From Balanoglossus misakiensis (taxonomy: Eukaryota; Animalia; Hemichordata): a stretch of DNA of 64,000 nucleotides. Under the pieces are notes generated by a model. The model made no database searches and had not been told where the DNA came from. It saw nothing but the letters and a program-made list of their open reading frames with translations. Below, piece after piece: positions 1 to 14,114 of the stretch. The DNA lies in contig CM082578.2 of assembly GCA_040954595.2 (NCBI GenBank), positions 9,037,519 through 9,101,518 on the forward strand. Direction: 5' to 3'. The translations under genes were made by a program, and so were the position numbers. How positions within the stretch are numbered: position 1 is the first letter of the stretch; each line of letters begins with the position of its first letter.

Positions 1-135
1 GTATGTATGTATGTATGTATGTATGTATGTATGTATGTATGTATGTATGTATGTATGTATGTATGTATGTATGTATGTATGTATGTATGTATGTATGTAT
101 GTATGTATGTATGTATGTATGTATGTATGTATGTA
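1..135. repeat. (GTAT)n microsatellite
   Basis: Perfect tetranucleotide run in intron 1 of peptidase A. Confidence 0.98.
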
Positions 136-246
136 CTAGGTTTATATGAGTGAGCGAGCGAGCGAATGAGAGAATGGCTCCGATTTAAAAAAAAAACAAA
201 TAAACAGACAATTACGACTACATTAAACCATGAACAGATAACCTAC

Positions 247-917
247 CTTTGGCCCGCTTCCCCATCAACTGTGTAGTTGCTGACGTAGTAACCCAAGAGA
301 TCCGGTTGAAGTAGAGTGCCGTTGAACGAGACTGTCAACAAGTATTTCTGACCAGCGACAATGCCGGATTGGAGGTTAATGTACAGAAATTCGTACTCTT
401 CTTTGCTGTCACGATTCCAGCCGACAACTTCCATCTCCTGGGGTTCTCCCGCATCCGGCGTGTGTTCCACCGCTATCGACGTCGGCACGAGCGTGTGGTG
501 GGCGTGCATGGTTATCTTGTCCGTGGCCTCAAAACAGGTAACGTGCGCTTGCACCGTGCCCTCGAAGCTGAACTGTTCGTCGGCGTGCCCGCCGCCGGCC
601 GCCTCGTCCAGATACGTTTTGATGTCCACCGTGTAGTGACGGGGTTTTACGCTGCCGGGCAACCTGGCGGTGGTCGGATCGTGAACGTCCTCGGGGTCGT
701 CTGGTCGCGGGGGCAAACCGTCGTTCGGGTCCGCTGTCGCCGGCGGCGGGTCGTCGCACGTCGATTTCGGTACGTAGTACGCGACTAAAACGGCGACCGT
801 AATTAAGACAGCTACGAGCAAAACCAAGATGAACCACTGTACAGTCGATACGAAGCAACCCCCTCGATTCCTTTTCTTGTAGCCTACCTCCTCGTCCTTG
901 TGGTTATTGTAAGCCAT
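247..917 (-). CDS. Aminopeptidase N-like (M1 family) paralogue A, coding exon 1 only; the gene continues off the left edge
   Basis: ATG at 917 (MAYNNHKDEE...), short cytosolic tail, one TM helix (WFILVLLVAVLITVAVLVAYYV), Pro/Asp-rich stalk, then the M1 N-domain signature RLPGSVKPRHY...FSFEG...ITMH...LLGYY. It ends at AAAG|GTAGGT in phase 2, the same phase as exon 1 of paralogues B and C. Confidence 0.9.
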
Positions 918-3900
918 GTTTTGGTCGGCGGCCGACGTTGGTGGGATATTAGTCGCGACAACCACTTTTTAACCGGACCTGAGTGACGTTCCCGCTGGAA
1001 GATGTTGTATTGCGGATCCTCCTCAAATGTTCAACTGGCTGCCACTCCACTTCTGGTCACGAGCACTACATCTCGCCGTTACGTGATGCGAATTTCCTCC
1101 CCCTGGAAACAGTTTTGAAATATAATGTAGCGCAATCCAACTGTGCTGAAGGCCCATGTAGGTACTGTGTACGTCGAACTAATTTAACTGTAAATATTTT
1201 TAAGGCCGTGTTGTTAGTTGCCCTCTTTATACTTGTAAAATCTGGTAGCTGGTTGACAAGAACGTGTATAGCAAAGCACTCGACGCCCTTCGAATAACAG
1301 TGTACAGGGCACTGGTCTGTAAATAACACCGACACGCTGTTCTCAAGTCGGTTCTGTACAAGTATCTGAAGAGCGTGATTGTACGCCTTGATAGCAGGTA
1401 TATAGACTCAGCTTATTGGCAAATAATAGACCACCTTCAATTTATTTGCTTGCGGAATCTCCACGCAGGTGCGATGGAGTGACCGTGACGCAGGTAAACC
1501 AGTCGCTGAGCGGTAATCGCAACACGCTCCCGCTAGGTACATGTAGGTGAAAAGCGACGTCGTCCTGCAATCTTCGTGAAAAAAACCCTCATGTACTCGA
1601 AATAAGGCGAACAAAATGCGGACCACTACCACGCTTGTTTAGCCTTCTCAGTGATATACAGCCGAAGAACCAGTACTTCACTGCCGTTCATGACAGACGT
1701 GTCAACATCTTCTAAACACGCTACTGCACTATATTTGAATTGCCCCCCCTGTAGCTGCCAGTTTAATTCCAAGGCTGCATTCTCAAACTGTGTGTATGGG
1801 GGTTATGGATGGTTTATAATAATGCAAAATGGATGTTGGTCACACACACAATATCTACATCTATCTCCACGCCTCCCAAACCCCCAATTCTCCAGCCCCC
1901 CTGCTCTAATATTTCTGAACGCAGCCTACTTGCCAAGTATACTGGTTTTATACAGTGCATTATCGGCGAGCAGCAAGCTACCACCCTGAATAACGAACGA
2001 TCAACACCGGTTTGCCGCTGTGCGTGTTGAAGCGTGATGACGAGGAAAGTATTTACTAATCTGTGAAGTTTATTGATGCTTTTCTCTTTGCGTGAGTCGA
2101 ACGTGGCAATTAATTAAACACTCATTTTCAGAGTCCATAGGCCTGGCGCTGTACGGCATCTACCGATACTGCAGTCTGGGATATGTCTTATGTACCAGGT
2201 ACACGTACAAACTAAGAGATATAATCATTGTAATAAGTCAGTTACATGCATCATAAATCACGATTTAATGATATCCATAGCTGTTAAGAAGACATGCTTC
2301 TTTTCAGTTCTGTATTCAGATTTGCAATGTAAGAAATTCTTGCATACAGAAACTGCGGATGCCTGTAAGTTGCTTCCTCGACAATTTATATCACCGAATC
2401 TAAGCTAATCACGATAGGTCTTTTGTTACCAACTCTCTTTGATCGGGCCTCCGATTTTCAAGCGAAGTTCGTAGTCTGACAAGCAAGGCCCCGGCGGCCG
2501 AGACAACAATGGACCGGCCTTGTTGAACCGATGCCTGCATTCCGAGAAATGACTATACAGCCGTGGGGCGAGTCTCGGTTTCACCGCCTTAGCCTTTCTC
2601 TCGTGCAGCAAATTGCCTGCAGATGCATTCAGCTTCTTTTTGAAATCTGCGCCAGGATTTGCGGAAAGCGCTGAACACACGCAGTCAGAATTCTATGTCG
2701 TTCTGCAGATAATACCGAGATGCGTTTGTTAGATCGTTGCTTCACGGAGTTTACGACTGACTCGGTCTCTGTTTACCGACAAAGCGTATTCAAGGCATTC
2801 GCAAAACTGAAAAATGGGCGATACAGAATACGAGCTGCAGTGTACCGAATAGGACCAAACCACACTCTCGTGCACCATGGACGTGCTTCAGATGCATGAC
2901 ACCCAAACGCTACCCTGACACCCCTGTTACGTACATGCATATGGAATGCGCAGATCATTCATCATTTTAACATTTTGTGTGCAGGACTCATAGGCCTTCT
3001 TGATACTCACAGAAATTTACACGTAGAACACTGATTTCTCGCATAGTTTATAAAGATACCGTCCTTCTGTCTAATGTTGGCAGCGTCAATGGTAGCCGAG
3101 TTCAGTGTTCTTTTAAAGCATTCGTGATTTATTTCTTGGTGACAATTTAAAACACATTAACCCCGGATGCAGTCTCTTGTCAATTTATACATATCATTGA
3201 TATCATACCGTGACACGACCTTGTTTAATTCTAGGGTGACCTACAGGGAGTATTATCGGCGCTGTAAAGTTGCGTCCAAGTTGACGCTGCCACGGTTGAC
3301 CATAACTGTTACTTCACCAACGTTTCAACATGAGTTGGCAATGATAATTTGAGGAGTCAATTGGGCGGTTCAAAGTGGGGTTTAGGCGGACCTAAGTTTT
3401 TGACATGGTAGCCGGCCAGAATCAGTGACATTCTCCTAGGATCATGTCAGCAAGTCCGTCACATTGTTTCAACAGTCTAAACCAGGGCAACTACCACCCT
3501 ATAAATCTCCCCGTGTTACTCAACGCATTGGTAAATACAATGTGAACAGATTTATGGTAATGGTCTCCAAATCTGTCGAAGCGTTGGGTGGCACCAGGCC
3601 GAAGACACTTTGCTCCCAGACTAACGTTGTGCTTGGTGGTGGGCAACTCTGAAGTACATGTACACGCCTCCCCAACGCATGCGCATGCTGCTGATATACT
3701 CAGGTTAATTTGCAGCAAGGCCATTTTCCATCGACCACCGAATCTTATCCAGTGTTTACACAGCGTCCCGTTCGATTAGGTGTAGAGCTTACAGAAAATG
3801 AAAATTTGTGCTGTTTAACACGATAGGACACCCGTTTAACCTTCCCGTCTCACTTGAGAATGTCTTCCCATATAAACCGCATAGCCACGCGAGACCTCAC

Positions 3901-4219
3901 AGTGTCGGAAAGTGGTCTATTTATTATTCAAGCATAGGATAACCAGTCAACCCTATTTGAATATTGATAAAATTGGGTATGATTTGAAAAACTAATTGCC
4001 GTTGAACTTTAAATTTCACAATACCCCCAGTAATATTGATACCGAACCGTCACGCAAATCACCTGACATTCTTCCGACAACTGAATATCAAAGTTCACGA
4101 TATAATCATAGCTTCAATGCAACCTATGCGAGGCCTAGTTTACTAGTCGTAGACTGTTATGGTAGAGATTCAATGCGCCTCGAAAATCAAAGTCTTTTAC
4201 CTTTTCTCATGTATATTTT

Positions 4220-4836
4220 GCTCAAGGCAACTTTAGATTATTCTATTTTTAAAGTGATAATATAAATTAGAGGTCACCGTGCAAAATTTGAATGACAGAA
4301 CAAAATCGTGGCAAATTGTCTCAAATTTGAAAGTCAAAATGGCCGCCAGTCGGTTCACTTTATGGGGAAAATTGAATGTAGTGATTTTTGTCATTGAAAA
4401 CTAGGCGGTGAACACCCAGCTTTCCTCTGTGTTGTCAACACGACTCCACACACACTTTAATATCACACTGAATGTTTTGAAGACTATCATATTTCTGAAA
4501 ATCTGTCCCTGAGGCGTGTACTACTTTAATAATATTAAATTGAGCCTCGCATGCAAAATTGATAATAAAAATTGAAGGTCAGCGTGCAAAATTTCGAATG
4601 ACGGAACAAAATTGTGTCAGTCTCAAATTCGAAATGGCCGCCAATCGCTGTGTTAACTCTATGGGGAAAAAATAAAGTAGCGATTTTTGTGATTGAAAAC
4701 AAGACTGTAATCACCCAGTTTTCTTCTATGTTTTCAAAAAGAATCCAAACACGCTTTAATATCACACATAATTGAAGGTTTTGAACACTACCCCTTTTCA
4801 GAAAATCCGTCTCCGAGTCGTGTATAACCTTTAATA
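4220..4836 (+). repeat. Two tandem diverged copies of a ~300 bp interspersed repeat
   Basis: The blocks AGGTCA(C/G)CGTGCAAAATTT, AATGGCCGCCA, TATGGGGAAAA, CACCCAG(C/T)TTTC, CTTTAATATCACAC, GAAAATC(T/C)GTC and CTTTAATAA recur in order at ~4265-4533 and ~4570-4836. Confidence 0.75.
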
Positions 4837-7608
4837 ACAATAAATTGAGTCGCGCAAGGTTAGTCCACCGGTTGAGTTAATGTGTACAATATGATACTTT
4901 TGTGTCAAATATCAAGGTTAAGCTCTGTTGCCGGGTCACGTGGTTATATATGTTTTGAAAGGTCAACGCTAACGATAGGAAACTTTACTTCTTTAGTTTC
5001 AGGGTTATGATTAAATCATAAAGATGGCACACTTCGGTTTAATTGATACAATCACTCTGTGGGTCACTCTCCTTTCGGATGACGCCGCTGACCGATCGCT
5101 GGTTCTTTTGTCCCCGTCTAACTTGATCCGACGAGCGTGCCAATTCAACAAAAATTGACCATTATTACCCTGTTCACAGTCGTCGTAATAATGATTACAC
5201 TTCTAATGCAGATTCGGTACCAGGGTAATAACCTAATCGATTACGAGATACATGAAAAGAAGACATCGTTATGGCGATATATGATCCGGAGCGGTTTTAC
5301 TCAAGGGGGATTGAGTGATGATCGCCACCATGATCATGTGAACACGGAACGATGGTAAAGAATCTCAAATTTAACGTTTTGGATCGTATTATATGAAAGA
5401 AACCTCTGACACGTATGGAGATACTAGTATCAGCCTTTGCATTGGCTTGGCTATTGCGCGCGTTTGAATTTGGGTCATACCGTACCCAGGTACATGTATG
5501 ACCTTCGGGGGGGGGGGGTGAGCCGATTGGGAATATCAATGAATGCCTCCGGTGGAAAGGGATACAATCTGAAAACGTTTTCCAGCACAAACATAGTGTC
5601 ATCCAGTGAAAATAACTAAAAGCGAAGCAGAAAAATTCCAATCCTATGATTGGTATAAAAGACTCACTTTATTACACTCGCAATGCCTATGTCACTACTG
5701 GAGTAACTGTCCAACGATTCATATTTCCCTGTAGCACAAAAACAACCCAATACTTTCGGACAGTGCAATTCTCATAACATATTTTCTCTGTGTGTGGCCG
5801 ATATAGAGTTTGAGATCGCAGTGCATGGGAAGTTTTTTGCTGCATAACTCGTTAAAAAGCTGGTAATATAACTCGATTGCACGGTAGCTGGGCATCGATC
5901 AAGTATAATCACAAGGGATATACCGACAAGAAACATTTCATGGTTGACCATCTTTTTGATCTGTGTCTGAGTCAGACACTCATTAACGTTCCTTGTTAGA
6001 CATTTCATTTTATGTGTCTTGAAGAGTTTTCAAAAGTTGATGGAAGAGCCTCCATACTTGTACGAACCGTCGGATTGTTTCACGTCAACAATCAACATGC
6101 GCAGCCTTGGAAAATATAGCTTGCAAATGAACGTATCTAAGCCCTGGCAAGAACGATGTTGAAAATGTGTTTTTCATCATATTTTTTGTGGTTTTTGTCT
6201 ACTTTTGAATTATACCCCTGCCTATAGCAGTCGACGCTTCAAAGGTGAGCAAGCGAGGGACACAATAGCGTGACGTCACACGACTTCTATCGCCAAACAA
6301 ACGAGTATTTCTCTAAGCTTGTAATGAAAACCGTCTCGTGATTCGGATTTTGTTGTAAATCGCTCACTTTATTCCAATATTAATTAGATATATAGACTTC
6401 CAGCATAAACGTTTCGTTACAAAGTATCCCCGGTGATTCTACCATGAATAAATCGTGCGATCAAAACTTAAATATAAAAGTTACGACACATTTTGGGGAA
6501 AAGCACTTCGGTCATCCCGATGTTGAGAGATCAATTACTGCATATTCCACACCCAAACACGACTATTAATAATATATACAAAATAGTTACATACTATTCA
6601 TGTTATAATATTGTACTGTGCTGTATATCAAAGCATAATATAAAAAAACCCATTCCACAGAAGTGCATATACCTTAAGTACAAAATTAACAATACGCTTT
6701 CACAACATCTTTATACAACACACCTTCCAGAGTACAGTCATACAATTTGTGTTTTCTTTGTACATAATGAACACAATGACCATGTATTTAAATGCTAACG
6801 TGCTTACAGAGAACCACAATTTCAGCGCGAAGACACAGGCCCGATTCATTAGATAACTATAATAATTATATAAGTGCGACGATTCTGATTAATAATGGCA
6901 GAAGACGGGACCGAACCACCACGTGCACACAAGCGCGACGATAGACAACCCTCAATACTTTAGGCCTAACACTCGTTGTAAACATTCGACTTTCACAAAC
7001 ATTTATGACGTCAGCTGGTATAAAAATCATAACAAAAAAGACATTCGTCACAAAAATACTACATATAAAGTCAAAATAATACAATACATATCGACAGAAT
7101 CCGAATACGCTTCTGACGCAAGTTCACAGACTATTCAATGAGAGGAATGGAGTTGTCAGTGGATTGTGATCTTAAATTAATTACCCCCCCCCCTTTTTTT
7201 AAAAAGAATTTGACATGTTAACAAGACGGCACTGCAAGTCACGTGAGCTTGTATGCTGGACTCCACCAATGCGGAATCGATTGTCAACTGCAGTGTAGCT
7301 TATAATTACATGTATGTCCACAGGTCACGCGAAACGTGCCGCCGCAAAACCTTTATATAACATCACATCTATAGTCTAGAATCTAGACGTCGTCTCGGTA
7401 TACACTCTTACTGTTCTCAGTGATTCTATACGACTTCTGGATTCTGGACGTGCATTGCAACACGCGACCGTGAAATAACGAACGATATGTGTGTAGGTGT
7501 GCGCGTCTTGAAGTTTAAGATCCAATAATGTTCAAAACTAGAAATCTGGCTCAGTCTGCTTTCCATTACATGGGCTGCTATAGCTGCCTGCAAACTGCCA
7601 GTGGGTTT

Positions 7609-10600
7609 TTATTCTAACGCCCTCCCCGTGACTTCCTTCAGCCACTGGTGAATCGGCTCGTGGTTCCTCTCCATCCACTCTATGTTGGTCTTCACCACGT
7701 CCACGGCTCGGTAGAATTCGTTGGCAATCTCGACGGGCATGTCCCTGTGCTCACGAATAAACCTCTCCAACTGAAAAAAAATAATCACAGTAAAAAAGCA
7801 ATCAGCACCGAAGACAGGGGAAAGAAGCAAGCGTTCCCACGCTTCATAGCATTTGATGGAGACCAGTTTAGGATAATTCAAAGTACATTATCGCTATCCC
7901 GTAGATTATGTGGCATTTTGGAGAACGGTCGGCGATTAATGAAACCCCATTAACACGATACTTAAGATACTGAGCATCGTGCCACCGTATAGACTCTTGT
8001 GCTTCCACTAAAGGACGGATGTCATCATCCCCCCTGAGTTCATGCGCTCGAGTATACATAGTTGAAACGTTAGTTTTGAATTATGACGATACCTTAAAAG
8101 CTAACGAGATCATACTAAACCCGGGCATTACTTGTTCAAGGACACTGTGGATTTTTTTTACATGCAAGACCTACGTGTTTGAAAAGTCAGGGCGGCCGTC
8201 GAAAAGGATAGAGTCACAAAATGAAGTCTTTAATACCCTGCTCTGGACAGGATATGATAAATGGCAAAATGTAAGCTGTCTCAGTCACGGCCAATACACG
8301 GCATGTGCAACATTGGATCGGCTGTTTGATTGTACCCATTCAGTAAATATATGCGTTGGAACGCCATAAGATGACAAGAACCGGACGTTAGGACAGGCTG
8401 GAAATGTAAACGCATCCCAGGTTGACATAAACCATTCTTCTTTTTTGTAAATCAAGACTGTTTAACTACAACAAACGCTGTAACTCAAACAGTTTTACTG
8501 GTACTGAAGGAAGGATCCATCACGCGTCGGAATAAATTGCAAGCTTAACCTAAAATAGTGTTGTTTGTGTCACCTTGCTTCAAATTGGGGATTGGCAACA
8601 TCAATTGGAAATGGCCGGGCATGGTTTGGGCTACTGGGGACCAACGGTTAATGAGTTCATGTGTTGGAGGGTCATGCTGTTGTTGATGAAGGGACGGTAC
8701 GGAAGTACGCAACATTGCCATGGAAACGCTTCATGGCAGTTCTTGTCAGTCACTCGTTGTCATTGCAGAATGAACGGCCTGCGTTCTGCCATGGTAACCT
8801 CCCCCAATCTGAATGCGCTTCTTCAACCCAGACTGCAAAATAGAAAACAATGCATCGATGTTACAAGCCAAGCGCAATGCGAGAGTATCTTTGCTTACCT
8901 GCGATAGGTTCTGCGGAGTGTTGAGGGAATCGGAGAACCTCAGGATAAAAGCGTAAGCCGAGTCATTGTGCCTGAAAAAAAATAAGACAGCAATCGTGTA
9001 AACAGAAACCCTATTGAAGCTTATTTTTATACCTAGAAGGTTATTATAGCACACATTGGCTTCTTTTCAGATGGGAGAGACAACGTAGACGCTCTTTTGG
9101 CTACTGATTGACGTCGCATCAGCGCCCAATTACACGTAGTAGAGATTCACTGATCGTCAGAGAGACCACCCATTGTTTGGCCGAGGTCGTGATTTCCTCT
9201 TTCTGTATCGTGACGAACGCGCAGGATGTCATTCGGAACAACATCTCTTGTTTCTATGACTGTCGTGTTCACAAAACGACTAAACTGTTCAAAATACACC
9301 AGAAAGACTCGAGGCGGTGGTACGATTTATACACGTTAAATTAAATCTACATGTACCTTTTAACAAATACGTACGGCATGGCTATGCGACCTTGACCAAT
9401 CACTCAATCACAGCACACAGGCATACATGTACCTGGGCACCTTAAAAATTACCTGCTATGTATTTCTTGAAAGTTGTCCAGGACATAATCCCAGGCGATT
9501 GAAAATCCCAGTGCCGACCCCGTTTCTATTACGGTAAGGACAGACCAGAGCGAATCGGTTTCGGCTCCATGCTCAAGGAATCTGATGAGAAGCGGGGATT
9601 ACAAGTTTAGTGCCTTACAAACACAAGAAAGCGAAAATTGGATAATGTATGTATTTTTTAAATTAAGCTTTTCAACTTCTTGAATTCGGGTAAGCTGCTT
9701 ATGTCATATATAGACCCGTGGCGGTTGTTTTATTACCAGTAACTTAGCGGTACATAATTTGTATTTCGAATGTACCTTTTCAGAGTGGCTGGATCGCGAC
9801 TGAAACCCAGCGCATCGGAAAGCGCTAAACCTTCGTGAGTCTGCGCCCCGAGGGAGACGTATCTTTCAAATGCAAAGTTCCACTCTTCCGCGCCGCCGTA
9901 TTGAATTCCAGTGCGGTAAACGGTTGGTTTCAAGTCGCCGCTAATCCTGTAAGAAGTAGTAAAAAAAATCCAGCGATAAAATCTTGTTATTGGTACGGTC
10001 TATACTCGCTGGCAGATTACGACAATACTATTTCGCTGCCGTTCAAATTGAAATAAGAAGCGCCACCACGAGTTGAATGTGAAATTTGAGCATCTCCAAA
10101 TTTTGCTGGGGATACAAGCGTCCCCGGGGGAATGGAGAATCGAATTGCTATCGTATCAAATAAGGACGGTGTACAATAGTAACGCGTGGACAAAAAAACG
10201 GACGAACTGTGAATGTGAAACATAGTTACAGAATACGAAAAGGCAGAGAGAGGTGGCTTTAGGAAAAAGTTTACATCGATTGAAAGCATCAAATAATCAC
10301 CAGAAACACAAAACATAGACTAAAAACTCATGGTTTGGAAACTGCGGGTACTGTATTATCACTACTCTGACCTCTGAAAACAAACTGGACTGTTCTGTTT
10401 GTAATGGATAATGTACGAGTGTCGTTCAATATCTGAACGATTGCACGACACGAGTACATTATCCGGCTTACAACTCGTCGCAACATCTGTGATCTTGACA
10501 TATGCTAAACAACTTCTCAATCACATCAACCAATCACAAGCGTCGCAAAATACACCTGGTGTATGACTCATTTCGATTGGATAATTGTCAGCCAGGGCAT

Positions 10601-13600
10601 TTGTCACGTGGTCATTGAGGTGCCACGTTTCCATCATCATTCGGAACTCAACCTTCGACAGACAAACACCATGGCCGAAAGTAGCGACGAGCACGAGCTT
10701 TTCATTACCCAGAGCACGTTCCGATACCCAAGCGAAAGCGAAGGTGATGACGGTGGCGATATGGACTTGATTTTCCAAGATTTTGGTAGCTACATTGAAG
10801 AGAATGTACATAAACCATAGGTCATGGAAAGTGTCCTGCAGAAAATCAAGGGTGCCTTTCTCCTGGCCTGCAGCCGCCATTGCGCACATCCTCTACTGTA
10901 AGTACCATTTTTCTGTCATTTTCCTCGGAACTTGTAAATTTGTAGTTTTATATTGATCAGGAATTTTCGATTGTATGTCAGCGTAGGCACTTCAGGGAAC
11001 TTTTGGTACGTCGAAAAAAATCAAGCTTTCAGGTGAATCCGTGTGTGAGGTAGAAACGAACCCCCAACCAAAGGTTGAGCCCTGCAGCGCAGAGATCACG
11101 ACAAAGAAAGATGGACGAACCAAGTGTGTGCACCTGGAAGCAGTTCTTCGTTGTATTACACTAGAATACTATTGTGGTGTGGTGATGTATGGTATGGTGC
11201 GGTATGATGTGGTGTAGTGATGACAATTTCGCATAATATGTTACACAACCTACTTGTATTGTTCGGGGTCTTGCATCCATTGCCGGAACAGAAGTGTGGC
11301 GTTCTGTACACATTCTGTGAGACCGAAAAAGCAGGCGTAGGGTATGATTACATCCACTCTTGTGTGACTAAAAGAGGTAAGCAAAACATAAAGAACTCTT
11401 ACATAAGCAGACCATTCATTTCCATGAAAAAGTTAAGTTTGTACGCTGATGTGGCCTATTGTATCCATACTGAATTGAATTGAATCATTTGCTCTTACTA
11501 GTCAATCGGATGGCCTGACTTCACATCCCAGCCGAGTTCATTGTGTATGGGCGCCATAAGATCAGTGAGGAATTTCTGAAAGAAAGGGAAGAGAAAATCA
11601 TGCGATGTGCATGAAGATGTCGTCATTTTTGACCAGTGAAAGTATTTCTTCCTGGTTTAGCGTCAGAACCGTGGCTGTTCATAGCGTAAGCTTGGTTTAT
11701 ATGTGTACATGTGCCTTGAGCGTAGAGAAAACATGTACTAATTTCAGATCACGTTAGAACGAACTAGGCCTAAGAGGGTGATGGACACGTTCAGTAGCGC
11801 GTCTGTCATCTTAGTTTACAATCGCCACGACATGATCACCGTAAACGTTGTGTGCGGTACTGTAAATCACTCGCACAGATCCTGACCTACAAGCAATCTG
11901 TCAATCTCCGGGTATCTGGACAAACTTATCGAACATCTGGCACGTTTAGTAAACATTTTATAATCGCACGGATAAAAAACAAAAAACCAAACGGGGTAGA
12001 AAATCTCCAGAATCGTCCGGCCCTGTACAAGTCCAATAAAGTTCGATACTTTCTGAAATGTGAATTATGCGCAATAAACAGGCGAGTCAGTGGTCTGTTA
12101 GAACGAACGAATTCGAAAGCACTATAAAAATATGCCACTAGAGGGCTACTACCTGCAAATACCAGAACGTCGAGGTTCTGCCTATCATGTCCTGCAGATA
12201 CGTCAAGAATGTGAAGGCCGTATACCACGGGTTGTAGTCTCTTTCATTGGCCATGTACTCCATCAGCTTCAGAGCAACCAGGTTGTCGAGTTTCTGAGCC
12301 TTTCCCAGCCTCATAGCATCACTGATGAGGGCGCCCCTATTCCTTATAGGAATAACCTGAGAAAGAAGTCAATTACACAGATGTTTTGAATTGCAGCAGA
12401 GAAAATGCACATTTTACTATGGCATAGCTTTTAGGTCATCGTCACGCGTGTTGCATCAACACGACGTTCTGGAGTGACCGTGGTTCTACGTAATACGTGC
12501 AAGACGTGTGTTGTACGTTTCGTGTGAAAGAATACATACCGTGTGGTCAGTTTTCAATTGTTTAGCCAGCAGTTCCCAGTTTTCAAGGTCATAGTTCACG
12601 CGATAAAATCCCATTTGATTTAGATTTGCCAGAATCCACTGATTCTCAGGAGCGTCAGTTGGGAGGTCAAATGTCGCTGTGTGTATAATGCACAAGTAGA
12701 GTGTGCTACGCATGATATTCGAACAATTAATTCATCACTTACACGCTTTTAACAAATCTTATCTTTCAAATTTTTTCGAAAAAGTTGAATGATGTACGGT
12801 TGCCAGAAATGACAATGACTCAAGTCCTAATCCCCAAAGTATAATATATATGTATAAGGGAACCCACGAGTGACCAGTATTTGTACAACAGCCACGTGAC
12901 ATTCATTTTGTAATTCTTATAACTTTGCACCGGAACGTCGATATCCGAAGCAAGTCCATCCCTAGGATAGGGGGCGCTCGGCATGTTATAATGAACAAAT
13001 TTTGATTTTTGTGGAGATATCGGTACATGCATACAAAGGTAGAGGCTAAAAGCCGCTTCGATAGATATTGATCTTGTACTGTACACACCTGAGTCCATAT
13101 TCATCCAGACGAGATGACCACCATCAAAGTCCTTCTCAGCTTCATAAGTGTACGTGAGGGGAATGTACCATTTGTAACTGACCCAGGGAAAACGAAATAA
13201 AATCAATTAACAACCTCGAACTGACTGGGAAAGTTACACTCACGTGATAGTACACGCGTTAAAGATGTGTAACAACACACTTCTGACAATGCACTTGTGT
13301 GATTTCCGGTAAATCAAATGCAAATTGCCCATCTGGGCTTGGATTCGGTATTTAGTGTACATTTTCATAAATCGATATCTGATCGATATAATCTCTTTTC
13401 CCCAAACATCCCTGGACTCACCCCAAATGCGGGTATCTCGTTGTTGGTTTATCCTTTTTGTATTGTAAGAATATCTCCTGCGTGGCGAGGACAGTGCGAT
13501 TGCCTATTCTGGTCAGGTTGACGTATGGATGTCCGGACTGGCTCAACCACGGGTTCATCAACTCACCAAAACCCCTGTCTACCAAGCCGTCAGCTACCTA

Positions 13601-14068
13601 ACAGGAACACGTTGACTAAGTAAACGTTACCACTCAAGATAGAAGTGTGTGCGTGTACACGTACGTGTGTATAGGGAGGGCGGTTCTGACGCCAGCAAGT
13701 AGGGGTAGTAAGCAAAGATAACGCCTTGAGATTCGAACAATACTAAATTATGTAGTTTCAGTTTATTAAATTTATCCCACCTTCAAACTATTAATGCCAC
13801 ACAAAGTATTACTGCAAAAACGAACTAATCGTAACCGATCATCTAATGATAGAGATTGGAGGAAAGAATAAATTTTCAGACTTACCACGTCCAATGAATC
13901 AAAGAGATCGCTGCTCTCCGTACTGTCGTATTGGTACGTTTCTAAATAATGCACTAAACCCTCAAAGTAGACATCTCTCCCGAGAATACTTTCCAACATC
14001 GTACCGATGCAACCACCCTGGAAAGTTTGAGAGAGTGTGAATTAAAGACAGTCGTTCATGATCAGCAC

Positions 14069-14114
<46 letters not shown>

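Noticed and set aside
361-858. Overlapping antisense and alternative-frame ORFs (likewise at 23159-23731, 40948-41491, 45340-45916 and 46615-47025)
   Set aside because: Shadows of GC-rich coding exons, with no independent motifs.
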